A stretch of DNA of 63,555 nt, the filler included, from Lenisia limosa (lineage: Eukaryota > Protista > Breviatea): assembly GCA_001655205.1 (NCBI GenBank). It is 14 parts of 14 records of this genome, joined end to end, with 100 filler letters (N's around TTAATTAATTAA, not from the genome) between each part and the next. Parts side by side here need not be neighbours in the genome. Positions count along the whole stretch, not along the records: positions 8,590 to 21,934 come from LPNZ01006197.1; positions 22,035 to 28,776 come from LPNZ01003768.1; 12 more parts are not named here. The stretch is one strand, 5' to 3'. The position numbers and the translations under genes were made by a program. Positions within the stretch are counted from its first letter, which is position 1; each line of letters starts with the position of its first letter. The notes beneath the pieces were generated by a model, which saw nothing but the letters and a program-made list of their open reading frames with translations, was not told the DNA's origin and made no database searches. Below, one piece after another: positions 11,601 through 25,100 of the stretch.

Positions 11601-14349
11601 ACAAATGCTAACACAAAGGTCTCAAACAAATAATTCATCACTTCAAAGAGGTTATTTAAAGCTTCTTCCCTAAGGTTCCAAAAAGACTAAATTTCCCAAT
11701 AAAGTCTCGATAAATATCGACATTTTATCGGTCTTTTTGGAAAGTAGGGAACCCCTGGGCTATTACTACGAAGCCTCTTCCCACTTAGTGATCATCCATC
11801 ACCCCACCTTTGCTTTAAGTAAGTCATCAATCCTCTTAGCCAGTCGTCGGCAGTCCTCTTCCGCCCTCTGCCAGCTCGATCGAATGTCCTGAAATCCGTC
11901 AACCAACGAAAGCAAAACCCGTTAATAATAAACAAAAAATAACGTGAATATCATATCTGTTTATGAAGAAAATGACTGTCATTATTTAGGGTTTTCCCAC
12001 TTCCCTTCGAAACATTAGGCATCTCAAGATTGATATTGATGAGTCCCTAGCAAGGGAAGCTTTAATGAAACTTTGTTTATCATTTACAGTCAGGTAAACT
12101 GATACATACAGATAGTGGCAGAAGTACGATGGACCAGTATATCTTGATTATGATCTAGGACAGCAGGAACAACTTTTCTTCTCTCTAGGTGCATGCGGTA
12201 GTTATATTACATGAATATTCTTGTATTTTTAGACAGTTTATCTTTATTATTTTATTATGATCAGCGACGATGGTCCCACCGTTTTTTCCTTCTTGATCTT
12301 GTTGATTTCCTCCTTGAGTTCCCTGTTTGCCTGTAGCAGATCCTCTGAGTCTGAAGCGATAAAGGAAATGTGAAATATTGATTGAGTATTTATGAATAAT
12401 TTGGTAACTTAGCAGAGATCTTGGTCCAATCTTAGCTTGACCCGCACTTAGCATAGATCTTGACCCGCACTTAGCAGAGACCTTGGCCCGATCTTTGCAG
12501 AGATCTTGACCCGATCTTAGCAGAGACCTTGGCCCGATCTTAGCAGAGATCTTGGCCCGATCTTAGCAGAGATCTTGGCCCGATCTTAGCAGAGGTCTTA
12601 GCCCGATCTTAGCAGAGATCTTGACCCGATCTTAAAAATATTGTTTCCCCTGTACACACACTCCATACACACCAAGAGACATAAAACACAATTTCCATCT
12701 TTAAACCAATATAAAACATACCTTTCATCTATAAACCAATCCAATAAACAATAGCAAAACCTTCACCCACCCCCAACCGTGATAGCTCGGTTTCTTGACG
12801 GTAGTTCTCCTCGGAACGGGCCGGGCAGTCTGGCGACTAGAAGGGCGCGGCGCGGCCACTCGCGAGTTCGTCATGCCGGCATAGGGATCGTCTGGAGAGA
12901 GGAGGTAGGAAAGGGGGTAATTTATGAAACAAAACAAAAAAACAACTTAGAGCTAAACATTTCTGAGTAAATATACATGTTAAAAAAAGAAGAAAAACCG
13001 GGACGTAACTTAAGCCATTCAAAAGACGTTTTCAATACGGTTACTATAAAAGAAAACTTGTCACACCCTCCCCCCCAACTTTTGTTATAAATCACTGTTC
13101 TTTGTGATTGCGAATGTGACATTCCTAATATGGTAAGTGACAGAGACGTTCCAAAGACCGAATTTATTGAAGAATAAATATAAAAACCTATTTTGTTCAG
13201 CCCGCTAGACCCCCCACTGCTCCTTGACTTGCCATAGCTGCTGGCCGACGTGGGTCTGCGGAATTGAGATTTTGAAGGAACAAAGAGCACAATGATTAGA
13301 AACACCCACACACTTTTATTCACAGACTCTCCCTTCCCCCCATCCCTCCCCTTCTTACCTTGACGAGGAGGCTGAAGTCGGCCGTCTTTTTGAGCTTTGC
13401 TCATGTTTCTGAAGGGTAAATTTAGAGCCCATCAAAAGTAATGAGTACTTTTGTGTGTTATTATTAAGCTAAGCCAATATGCCCTTCGAAATGGTAAGAC
13501 TTCCCAACGGTCCGAAAAAGACCAGTAAAATATCGAGTTTTATCAAGGATTTATCGAGATATTCGGTCTTATTTGAGACCGAAGGGAATAGGGCAATACT
13601 TCTGAAGGGAAGTGAAAGAAGGTGATAATGTGTCATGTAGAGAATAGGGCAATAAAATCGATTGTTCAGAACCGAAGCTGCCCTTGATTGAGATACCCCC
13701 TTCCCCCAACCTCCATTTGTGACCTCCAAACATCAGAGCTCATGGTCTGGACTGTCAGGAAACCATATTTTACAATTTGATGACGATATGATATGATTAC
13801 ATATGACATGATATGATACGATATGGACATGATACCCCCCTCCCGCACTGGTACTTCCGGCTCATGATACTGGCTGTCATCGTCGTCATGAGAGTCGCTG
13901 TGCGGGTCTACTTGACTCAATTCTGGAGGGGGGGGGAGTAAAACTGGAAAATTTATGAAACAAAAAAACCCCAAATCAACTCTGTTGGCTGATAACACAC
14001 GAGGGTTGATAACAATATTTGAAAACCACAAGAGAGCTCATCATTGCATAACAAAAGAGCTTCTTTTGGTACTTCAAGACAGTTAAAAACTCTGATCACT
14101 TACGCAATTATATCACTTCACAAACAAGCTATATCCGTGTATCAGCTTACCTCCACGAACACTTGTCATATCCGTATCTGAGTACTAGAAGGTGAGGGAT
14201 GCGATCAAAGATAAAGAGAAAAATCCACAAAGAGAACCAGCAGTAATATTCACCATCATTGCCTTATAGCCCCTAGCACCAACCAGAGGAACTTGCTGCC
14301 CCCGAAAGTCATCATCATAGGAGGCGAGATCGTCATCCCGTCTTCGCAT
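8661..14349 (-). CDS. IQCE-like coiled-coil protein (3' end cut by scaffold join)
   Basis: Spliced exons give EDLLQANRELKEEINKIKKEKTDIRSSWQRAEEDCRRLAKRIDDLL and LVSKLRERVRSLERELRTKGSEVQIAKNSARHVRLHEIEIERDTYLQETVRLKRLV, resembling the IQCE N-terminal coiled coil as recalled; splice phases consistent; start codon tentative. Confidence 0.6.
9556..9633. mobile_element. hAT-type MITE family A
   Basis: gggcttcacttcgttt...gaactgaagtgaagcccta. Confidence 0.75.
12415..12635. repeat. Intronic minisatellite, 23-bp unit, ~9 copies
   Basis: gatcttagcagagatcttggccc repeated. Confidence 0.9.
13924..14015 (-). repeat. Family C (C1) copy ending at the 3' splice site
   Basis: Minus strand ...ttcataaattttccagttttactccccccccctccag|exon of the IQCE-like gene. 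Confidence 0.85.
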
Positions 14350-14941
14350 GGCGGGAAGTGCTGTCTATCCAAGGTTCCCACTAGTATTCCCTATAAACTG
14401 ATTTATGTCTCCTTTGAACAACCGTTCAAAGGGAAGAGGTGTACAGAGGGGCGTTGTATTCAGAAATATAGCTGTATTCAGTTTTGGCAATCCCTTCTTA
14501 TTTTATAGATGGTTCCTGGATGATGGTTCGCTCTTCTTCTTTTATATTAGCGTTCCAATCTTGCAGAAAAAAAAACCATGAAAAGGAAACAAAAACTAGG
14601 ATATCCTGTTTATACGAAGCAGCCTTTCGCATAGCCATTTTTGGCATTTTTGGTGAGTGGTCAGTCTGTACTTTCTCAAATGAAAGATACACCCGTGCAC
14701 CCGAGTTGCACCCCAGAGGTCGAGAGTTTAGAAGACTAGGAGGAGGAGGAATATCTATCCACCGCCTTATATTAAAGTAATGATAATATATGATATGCTG
14801 CCTCTCTCTTAGGTGGAATGGTTGAAGGGTTGGGATTGGACAAGAATAGAATGTATTCCTTCCACTTCCTAGGTTAGGGCTATTTGCCCATTGCACTACA
14901 CTGTACACTTTGACTAACTAATATGTTCGTATGACCTTCAG

Positions 14942-15025
14942 ATGGAACAACAACTGCCTGCTCTGATCGAGGCTTCCTCTGTCGGCGACGAAGAGACTGT
15001 TCGGATGATAATCAAGGAAGGACAC
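14942..15025 (+). CDS. Exon with ankyrin-like segment
   Basis: ccttcag|MEQQLPALIEASSVGDEETVRMIIKEGH|gttggtggggg. Confidence 0.4.
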
Positions 15026-15789
15026 TGTTGGTGGGGGCTGGAGGCTTACATCAGGTTTTCAGGCGGTTATAGAATACATTAAAGGCTTGAGAAATGTAAT
15101 ATGATAATCTGTAAAAGAACAAGAACACAAAACAAATTCTGTTTCTGCTATTTCTTTCTTTTTTGATCGTGGATTCCAACCTTGCGGAGGCTCTCACACC
15201 AACGGATTGAGGGAGGTCATGTGTTGTTTTGATCCGATTTAATAATCTTCAAAAAACCTAAATGCAGTTCTTTACGGGTTTTTTTCTTCTTCTCTCCAGT
15301 TTTGAACAGTATTAACTTGGGTGTTAATCGGCTTGTTCAAGTTTCGGCTATAACCTCACTTATAAAGCAATTTTATGAAATTGCAATTGAATTTTGAATC
15401 TTGAGCAGCTGCCTGCTCACCTCCTGACAGAACAAAAGAGTCCAGGAATGAGATGAATAATAAATAACAATATTAGCTCCAAAAAAACCAAGGGAACATC
15501 AGCTAGGCGGTTTTGGAACCTATACGTGTTATGTATTGAATGGGAAGTAAAAAATAGGTGGTTTGGCCGACCCCAATCTTTATTGGATTATAGTTGTACA
15601 CCCTCAGCCTCAACTATGTGGACAGGGTTTACTTTGACATATGATGAATTTGTATATTCTAAAAAAAAAATACACGTGTCTGCAGTAAAGGATTCATAAG
15701 TTGGAACCGAAATATGACAATTGCACATACTCTATTAAAACCATAGGCCCCACAAGGCTATTCTGCCAGACAAAGTAGCACAGCCATGA

Positions 15790-18700
15790 TCAGTCGTCGC
15801 TATCCTCAGAATGCATGACCTCGTGATGGTCGTCTTCACTGCTCAAACGTAAACACTCGTGTTCACCAAGATATTCTATCAAAACCATCCAGCAATGAGT
15901 CAATGAAATATGAGAAAAATGAGTACTGCGGCCGTCCACACAATCAAGTGTATCAAAGAAATTTCAATCAAATAGTGATGGTAGGGAAAATCTAACAATT
16001 AATCCCTACACGAACTCTACTCCCAAAATTATCTCATTTTGGAGGGGAGCATAGGGTTTTTACAATCAATCATTTAATTCGAAAGTGACAAAATGATGTA
16101 TCGCTTGTCCAGAGAATATGAGCATTCCAAAAACACGCGCACCTTGAAAAGTCAGAGAAGTGGATGGGGTTGGCCAGGGGGTCATGGGCGCCATTATTAT
16201 CCCAGCTGTTGTCGTCATCACTGCTTTCACGTAATCCTCGCATGACGATTTCGTCAAAAACGTCCACCACATCGGTTAACTTGGGGAAGAATGGGCCAAA
16301 TTGAGGTCCTTCATCTTCCTCATGGGCCTCATCATTTCCCTCTTCTTCATTATTATCATCCATTCCTTCTTCTTTCTTATTTTCCTTCTTTTCATCTTTC
16401 TTCTCTTCCTCCTTCTTTTCATCTTTCATCTCTTCTTTCTTCTTTTCAACTATATTCTCTTCTTCCTTATTTTTATCTTTTTCCTTTTCTTCCTTCATTT
16501 GATCTTTATCTTTAGCCTGCTCTTGGTTTTTCCTCTCTTCCTCCTCTGGTCTTGTGTCGTTATCTTTTCCTTCATTTACTTCTTCATTGTCTTCATTTTT
16601 CTCTTCTTTCTTTTTCTTTTCACTTTGTTCTTCAATTTTCTCTTCAGCTTTTCCTTCTTTCTCATCTTTGCGTTCATCATCCTCACTTCCACCTTTATCT
16701 TGATCTTTATCTTCATCTCCGTCGGTTCCTTCAGTGCCTTCATGGGCATGGACCAGGGCCTCATCTAAACTATTAAATGGAGTGAACATGCGGGAAATAC
16801 AAACAGTAGAGCAATGAGTACCATGTACATGTACATATATGCATATATATGTATACATTGATTTAGAAATAAGAAATATATGACACGCGGCTGCCTTCAT
16901 GCTCCCACTATCACCATCATCATTATAGCTAGCTGCCAACAATGACACCATCCTCCCACATCAGACAGTCATTACAACCCCCTCATCAGACAGTCCACAA
17001 CCTCCCACACCCTAACAAACATAATATCATTATATCATCACATCTGAAACTCATCATTAAATGCCCCAAGAGTTACCCCCCCCCTACCCCCATCATCACT
17101 GTCACTGTCACTGTTCGGAGCATCATCAAGGACAATAGTCCCGCTCTGCAACACGCTAAACGTTCTATGGAACTCGTTGTGGATGTAGTTGAGAAGGCTC
17201 GCAATGTGACAACTAGAGGCCTCCTCGTCTGACTCACTGTCGCTGAGCTGATCGTCATAATGCAAAATAAAACAACTTAGGGCCGATGCCGTTCACATAA
17301 TCACGTTTATAAGTAAATTGGTATTCCCGAGAATCTTGAACAAATATGAAACTAAAATCTGTTACACCAAAAAACCCTCCCCCATACTACGATATTACTG
17401 ATGACTCCCCCATACTACGATATTACTGATGACTCCCCCATACTACGATATTACTGATGCGTTGGGACTGTTCTGCCATCATTTCAAACGCCCTGATTGT
17501 TTCGGCTTCCTCCGTCAGTGTAGAGCTTTATCCGGTTAAACTTGGGGACATTTTAAAGGGTTTGTTTGAAGAACAAATACTTCTGTCCGTGTTAGGGTAT
17601 CAAGCTGGCGTATGAAAATAACCATCTTTGCATCTTGGAATAAGACTTGCCCCCACAAGTTCATATTAAATCTAAACCAGATACAACTTGCCCCCCCCCC
17701 CAGTNNNNNNNNNNNNNNNNNNNNNNNNNNNNNNNNNNNNNNNNNNNNNNNNNNNNNNNNNNNNNNNNNNNNNNNNNNNNNNNNNNNNNNNNNNNNNNNN
17801 NNNNNNNNNNNNNNNNNTCTGAAATTGTAAGGCGAAAGGGTTAACAACGCGCTAATCAAACTACTCACCAAGCCAATACACTATGTAAGAATACTGTAGA
17901 ATAAATAGAGCCCATCGGACAAGGTGGATTATGAACGCTTTGTAGTGTGGGATTTTGAAGAAAATCTGTACACATAACACCAGATCGTATCCCTTCCCCC
18001 AAAAGATGTCATATACATTGCTATATATAATCTAGCACCAGACCAAAACCCCCCACAGATGTCACGAGTTGTGTCTTTCCCCGGTTCGAAGATGTGCACC
18101 CTGAACTCCACTCCAGAGGTCTACAGAAATAAGTGCTGAAAGACAACTGTGGTTAGGGAGTAGCAATAAATAACCCTTTAAATTGAACATGTTACACCTG
18201 TGCAAATATCATCAACATATCATCAATCTGGTGGACCCCAAATTGATATTCTTGTTGATAATATATGTAGTATATGTATTATATATATAGAGAGAGAGAG
18301 AGAAAGAGAAAGAGAAAGAGAGATGAGAAATAAAACGTTATATCTCTAGAGTTATTATAATATATCATAAAGTGTGTACATATGAAGTATCACATGTTAT
18401 TTAATGTAGTACCTGAATACACCAACTTACAAGCAGGCCGATTTTGTCGTGGTATTGGAGATTGTTGACAATGCACAATGGGCCCTTAAGACACTACAGA
18501 GTCATAATCAGCACAATTTGTAGTTCTTGAACAATCCCTAACTCTTTATTTTGTTATGATTTCCTATCTGAATCTATTTCGGTTTTGAGACACTTCTTTG
18601 GAAACTCATTAATGCTGAGACGTGTAGGAACACAATAAAGCAGAGATCAATGTAAGCACCGTAGACTTCAATATTATATACACAACAAACATCATGGACA

Positions 18701-20212
18701 CCTTAACCCTGAGATATAAACCACAAACATCATGGACACCTTGGGCATATCGATATGCATACACCCCAAACAACATAGAATCAATAAACCCCGACCACCA
18801 TCGCCGCCTTGGGCACACACGCGGCACCTTCGGAGTCGTCAAAAATGGTGTGCGGATAGTCCGGGTAACGCACGGAGGTCAACTTCTTGTCCTATTGCGA
18901 TGAGGATAAAATATGATGACAATGTATGAATGAGCAACATAAAACGAGGTAGCATATCATGATATGGTATCTTGAAGCAATCTATGGTTTCTGTATTACG
19001 GTGAATGGATCAAGAAGTGTGTCACAAAAGATTGAATCCTTCAACCAAATGTAAACCAATATTTATGTTCATTTTGGAGAGCAGGGAAAACTCTCATATT
19101 ATGCTGTGTAAATTATATATGATATATTGTGGCATAATAATTATTAAGCCAAACGCGCAAACGTTGCGCATGTTCTGAGTTGATACCTTATAATCAACAT
19201 TCTGAGTGTCATCCTTGGCATTATCTTTTCGAGCACGTTTGGACCTCCGAACATCAGAGCGCTCCTCAGGCTCTTTTGGAGTGGTGTTGGTTGAAGTGTC
19301 TTCTCCAGCATCGACTTCAGCACGGTTTTGGGAGGTATCTTGTGGGGGGGTTTGGGGGGCCTGTTCTTCTTTTTCAGGGTTTTTTGCTTCTTGAGATTCA
19401 ACATCTAAAGGTATGACAACTTTGGTGACATACTTATGCTTGATACACAATATTGATACATATCAATAAAAATGAGTCAGATGTATAAATTGAAATCTCA
19501 AAATCACACAGAGATGGGCCTCACCTTGATGCATGAATTTGTGTGCAATGTGCTGTGGAATCCTGCTGAATTCCTGAGGTAACTCCCACTGGTGATGTGA
19601 GGAGGAGACTCACGATGACAATTGACTAAATCGCATTGTGTTATATTTTTTCAAATACCCTTAGTAAATTCAGTTTGGTGACATTGGTATGGAAAATGCC
19701 CGTAAGTCTAAAACGGGATTGTTATCATACCATAAAAATATGGATGACATCCAAACAAAGATACACAGTACATATCAATATTCCTACTGTTGGTGCAAAC
19801 ATAATTCCCCCACACTATGTAATCCCTCCACACACCATGTAAATGTTGTTGTTGTCGGAACCACAAGCCGCCCAATGATCAAAAGGTCCAATAAAGGCAG
19901 GTGTCTGGGGGGGGGGGGNNNNNNNNNNNNNNNNNNNNNNNNNNNNNNNNNNNNNNNNNNNNNNNNNNNNNNNNNNNNNNNACATCTGAAAACCATGGGA
20001 AGGAGAAATAAAGTATCCATCCACCAATGACAGGCCTGGGAATCAAATCACCCTACCTTGTACGTCACAGTGGAGCTGTACTCGGGGTCGTCAAACTTCA
20101 TAACTGGCCCCGGGGTGCTGCGGTCGGAGTTGAAGAGAAGGAGGGGGTCACCTTCACTGCAGGAACAAACTAGAGAGGTTAGGCTAGTGTCTCTTGGACA
20201 TTGGGGGCTCAT
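15790..20212 (-). CDS. DCAF5/WDR22-like WD40 protein with long acidic, Lys/Glu-rich C-terminal tail
   Basis: Exons splice to PVMKFDDPEYSSTVTYK|TPAFIGPFDHWAACGSDNNNIYM|WELP...CLKGPLCIVNNLQYHDKIGLL|TSGVEFRVHIF, matching recalled DCAF5 motifs (SGSDD..LYMW, LKGHRSIVN, SSGVEK); long acidic exon within ORF 16070-16951; 5' end unresolved. Confidence 0.6.
17379..17458. repeat. 28-bp tandem repeat, 3 copies
   Basis: cccccatactacgatattactgatgact repeated. Confidence 0.9.
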
Positions 20213-20256
20213 GATAGTCCTTACAACAACAGCAGTATTCAATTCGAACTTAAGGC

Positions 20257-21026
20257 ATGAACTATAGGGTACAAAAAAACCCTGTTTTCAGCAAAATCAC
20301 GGATACAACGAGAAAACAAGAAGAGGCGATAGGTGTGAACAGAGTGAGATCATGTAGAGAGCCCAAAATGCCTCGAGCTTCTCTCAGGAAAAACAATAAG
20401 ATGAGACACAATCCATTCTTCCGTAGGTGCTCTATTAGTCCCTGGCTATATCCAAAGAGAAGGTATGATTATCTCACAAGACTCTTGTCTGGAATCAAAA
20501 GTAAAGCTCTAACAAGATTTGTCTAATTGATGTTCAATAACATGCGTTGGCTTTTTTTTACTTTATTACTATAACTGTATTAGTATTGTTATTATTTTAG
20601 ATTATGGCGACATAATTCCGACATTCCTGGAGGAGCCAAGTTCACTAAACGTCTTCCTCCTGTTTCATGGACTCCTGCTTTTGTGAGTACTCCAACTAAT
20701 GCTCCTCACGCCCGTGAGGTAGAAGGGACGTGTCACTCCATCCAACACACCCAGAAGGAAAATGAACTATTTTCTATTCTGCGGGTAGTTTGTGACCATT
20801 TGCGTGTAATTACTGTATCTTCTTTGTTTCGTTCAGTCTGAAAAAGGTGGAAAACCCTTCAAATTCAATACAGACCTTGAGCCAAACTTTTTCTCAAATC
20901 TTCGACGCCATCTTAGACAGAACTCCACCTACGATCAAAGATCCCATCCACACTGCTGCTTTGGCTTATTCGGTGTCGTCAACAAGACCCAAAGGCAATC
21001 AATACAACGCTCCTGAAGATTGGTAA
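20257..21026 (+). CDS. Small 4-exon gene, unknown protein
   Basis: Phase-consistent splicing ...KQEEAIG|ALLVPGYIQRE|DYGDIIPTFLEEPSSLNVFLLFHGLLL|FLKKVENPSNSIQTLSQ...NAPEDW*. Confidence 0.5.
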
Positions 21027-21464
21027 CACCCTCAACAACTCCTTCTAAAGCTGCCAAGCTGATACTTGGTGAGATTGACCATCACATCCTGTCTGTTCAA
21101 CAGTCCACCAACCCGACCACCCAGAGTTTGATGATAAAAAACATATGTTTAAACGAGAAATTATCTTATTATATTTTTTACCAAAAAGTTTGCATGTGAG
21201 AAGGACGTGGGATTACCGTGTGCAGGCAAAGGACTGGGTCAACGGTAAATTCCGTGGCGGTTAAATAATATTGATGTCCCAAGATTCTATATTATGTCGT
21301 TAATTATTTATAGGGTTTCCAAATCATCTGTTTCCCTTCAAACTGTTATCTTGTTCTTAGATAAACACATTTTAACAATGAAAAAGGACAACTTTTCAAA
21401 AAAATCATTGTTTACAAGATCAGAGTTGATCATGAAATGTATTATCTTTGAGAAAATTGAATTA

Positions 21465-21665
21465 GCGACATGAATTTGACTGCCTACAATGCGGCTGAGG
21501 AAGCCAAGGACATTGAAGCATATAGTGCTAACGGTGATGCTGCTAACATAGTTGGGGGGGGGGGCAGCTATTCTACCTTCAATCTTAGAGTATATTATAT
21601 CCTATAATAGCGCAATTCAGCAACCTCGAGGAAATGCTTGAGAAGATCACCGAGGAGAAGGCCAG
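21465..21665 (+). CDS. Two exons of an unknown gene cut by the join at 21979
   Basis: DMNLTAYNAAEEAKDIEAYSAN and QFSNLEEMLEKITEEKA between AG/GT sites. Confidence 0.35.
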
Positions 21666-22110
21666 TCTGGGCTGTTGTACCCCGAATACCCCAATTCCAC
21701 AAGACGGTCAGGAACCTCGCCGACAGCTTCCGATCGGTTGCGGTGTGTTAATTGTGAACTTGTCCCCCGTCTGACCACTCTACCATATTTATTACTACGT
21801 TCTAAAGGACATCGAATTCCTTTGGGTGGTTATTTGACGATTGTGAAAAAAGCAAAAGAAACAAAGCCACCCCACCCCCAATCTAAGCAATGTAGACATG
21901 AGAAAAGCAAAATAAACAAAGACACCCCCCCCCCNNNNNNNNNNNNNNNNNNNNNNNNNNNNNNNNNNNNNNNNNNNNTTAATTAATTAANNNNNNNNNN
22001 NNNNNNNNNNNNNNNNNNNNNNNNNNNNNNNNNNCTGGGCTTTGTCAGCCACAGAGTTGATTTGGGCTTCTTTTTTTTTTGTTTCATATTGAAGCCTTGT
22101 CACCTTTCAG

Positions 22111-25100
22111 CGAGGCCAAGCCCGACATCCAGGACTCAAGTGACAGTGAAACTGAGCTCGATTCCGGTAGGGTCCGGCTGCGTGTGTATAATATTTATGA
22201 AACAGTAAAGTTGAATTTGGATGTAAAAAGTGAAAGCCAAGAGAAGGCATTCTAATATTGTAGAATCCGAGTCAGACCAGGAGGCAATTTCCGACTCCGA
22301 TGATGAAGATGAGAAGATCATTGCCGAGGCCACGGAGCAGAAGATCCAAGCTGAAGAGAGCGAGAGTGATGAAAGTGAAGGTGGGAAGAGGAGTGTTTTC
22401 ATTTTGTTTCATAAATCCCCCTCCCCCCTCTCATCTTACCATGCTCAGATGAGGATGAAAGTGGCTCTGAGGAAGAAAGTAGCGACGAGGAGGAGCTTGT
22501 CCCGGAGTCTGATTCTGAAGTGGGGGTGGGGTGGATTTAAAAATACAGGAATAATCATCCTGATGAAAGTAAATATATCTATGTACAACTATCTCATCCA
22601 TACATTGACCTCAACAGGAGGATGACGGTGTGAACGAGTCGGCCCTTCGTAATGAGTTGGGAGCAACCGCTCTTGATGACGACATTGAGTTTCCCACTGC
22701 CAAAGGTGGGTGGACTGGGGCTGCATGACTACGACCAGCCCGTCTTGGATAAGTTATCGTCATTAATAACCGCCCAATTTATGAAGGAACTCGGTTTATC
22801 CTAATTGTGCAGAGATTGAGAGTGGCGATGAGGCCCCGCGCCCCCTGCGCCAGGACAAGCACCGCACTGATGAGGAGAGAATCCAGGTTGGCTTGAGTGC
22901 TTTCTATATTACCAAACAAACGACAATGTCCACATTATTGTTTACCCTCGCAGGCTATTGAGCGCAAGAGGGCGTCCGGGGAAGACGCACCTGAGACCGA
23001 GGCCGACTTTGAGAGGCTTCTTGCTGGTGGGGGGGGGGGGGGNNNNNNNNNNNNNNNNNNNNNNNNNNNNNNNNNNNNNNNNNNNNNNNNNNNNNNNNNN
23101 NNNNNNNNNNNNNNNNNNNNNNNNNNNNNNNNNNNNNGCCCAACTCCTCCTACCTCTGGGTCCGTTACATGGCCTTCCTGATTGCCAAGGATGAGATCGC
23201 TAACGGTGCGCCTTGTTTCGATCCATATTTTCCAGCTGATCTTTGGCCGTAGTGTTTTCGGCATTATTCCGGATTGTCGATATGCAATAGTGATTTCGGC
23301 ATTATTCTGGATTGGCGATATGCAATAATGTTTTCGGCATTATTCTGGATTGGCGATATGCAATAGTGATTTCAGTCCAATCTGACACGTATTTCCCTGA
23401 ATTTGCTTGCTTGTGAGATCTCTTCCCTCCAAAGCCGACCTTGTGTGTCAGTCGAGTCACCCTTTATCAGGCCTTTTTCTTGACCTATCTCACCGATCTA
23501 GCCCGGACCGTAGCCCAACGCGCCATTGAGAAGATCGACAGCCGTGAGCGCCAAGATAGCGCCAACGTGTGGGTGGCGTGGCTGAACATGGAGTGCAACT
23601 TCGGAACGGAGGACCGTCTGATGCAGGTCTTCAAGCGCGCCTGTGCCCACTCCTATGAGAAAATGGTGAGTCGTGTGTTGGTAGCAAGAAACTACATTAT
23701 ATTAATATGAATACACAATATTTCATTGATAATAGAGGTTGGAACTAGTCCATTTCCAACACTTCAGATGCACATCCGCCTTGCCCAGGCCTACCGCTCG
23801 GCCAACAAGATGGACGAAGCTCTTGCTCTCTTCGACACTATTCTGCACAAGTTCGCTGACGAGACCGACGTGGGTACCTGGCTCTGTGGTTTTATCGGGA
23901 TGGGGGTAATGTTAGTTTTAATACAACTTTTAAAAAGTGTNNNNNNNNNNNNNNNNNNNNNNNNNNNNNNNNNNNNNNNNNNNNNNNNNNNNNNNNNNNN
24001 NNNNNNNNNNNNNNNNNNNNNNNNNNNNNNNNNNNNNNNNNNNNNNNNNNNNNNNNNNNNNNNNNNNNGAAAGCTGTCTATATGAAGCTATATTAGGGGT
24101 GCAATATATCCATAGATATTCCATATAATGTGCTTTCTTGCTATCAAAAAAGTGACCTTGTCAGGTTTGGGTTGCTGCTGCTGACTTCTACTTTGAGGCT
24201 GAGAAACTGGATAAGGCTCGTGGTCTTCTTACCCGGGTTACTAAGGTCAGCGATTCTCTTCTTTTCCCTTCATATTGCCTAAGTACACCTCTTGTTTCTT
24301 CAGATTGCCTAGGACTCAATTTTAATATATTGTCGTTGAACATCGATACGACAATTTACAGCGACCGGGATAGTGACCTATTTTCCTTGGGGCAATCACA
24401 TTGTAAATCGGTCAAGACTTATCCCAGTCACTGTATATGCAGGTCTTATTGTTGGACAGAATCCTCGTCCTTTAATCACCCCCCCCCCCAGGTTCTTGCC
24501 CTCTCCAAACAACTCGAGGTCATTTCCCGCATTGCGACTTTGGAGTACCGTCTCGGCAGCCCCGAGAGGGGACGCAATATCTTCGAAAGGTTTGCCATAT
24601 CGGGAAGGGTGTATCATTAGGGCTTTACTTCGGTTCGAAAAATACTGATAAAATATCGATAGTTTTCGAGGATTTATTGAGAAATTTAGGCTTTTTTCGA
24701 ACCGAAATGAATCCCTAGGTATTATGGATATGATAAACAGTGAGCGTTGTAAATTTTTAGTATCTGATTTCCCTTCTGGAAAGTCTGTCCAGACATACAG
24801 CAGCCACTATAAGCTGCCCAATGTTGCCAATAATGTGCAATTTGATGCTTTTAAGTCCTTTTGACATATCCATAAAGAGTCCTCACCTTTTCAGTATCAT
24901 TGCCAACCACCCCAACCGTCTGGACCAATGGAACGTTTACCTTGATGCTGAAGTGGGAGGGATTCATTTTGCCATGTCTCTAAGAGGGAAATAGAAGAAG
25001 GACGTCTGTCGTCACTTGAGAATGCGGTTCAAATGAAACTCTTGGCTAATGCTTCAGATCAAGAGGTCCGAAGTGTCAACTGTCCGTACTCTCTTCCGTC

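Noticed and set aside
16291-16776. Long hydrophobic plus-strand ORFs (16301-16768 and neighbours)
   Set aside because: They are antisense shadows of the Lys/Glu/Asp-rich DCAF5-like exon.
3151-23375. Tandem repeats as CRISPR arrays
   Set aside because: Units are head-to-tail with no unique spacers, there are no cas genes, and the context is eukaryotic introns.
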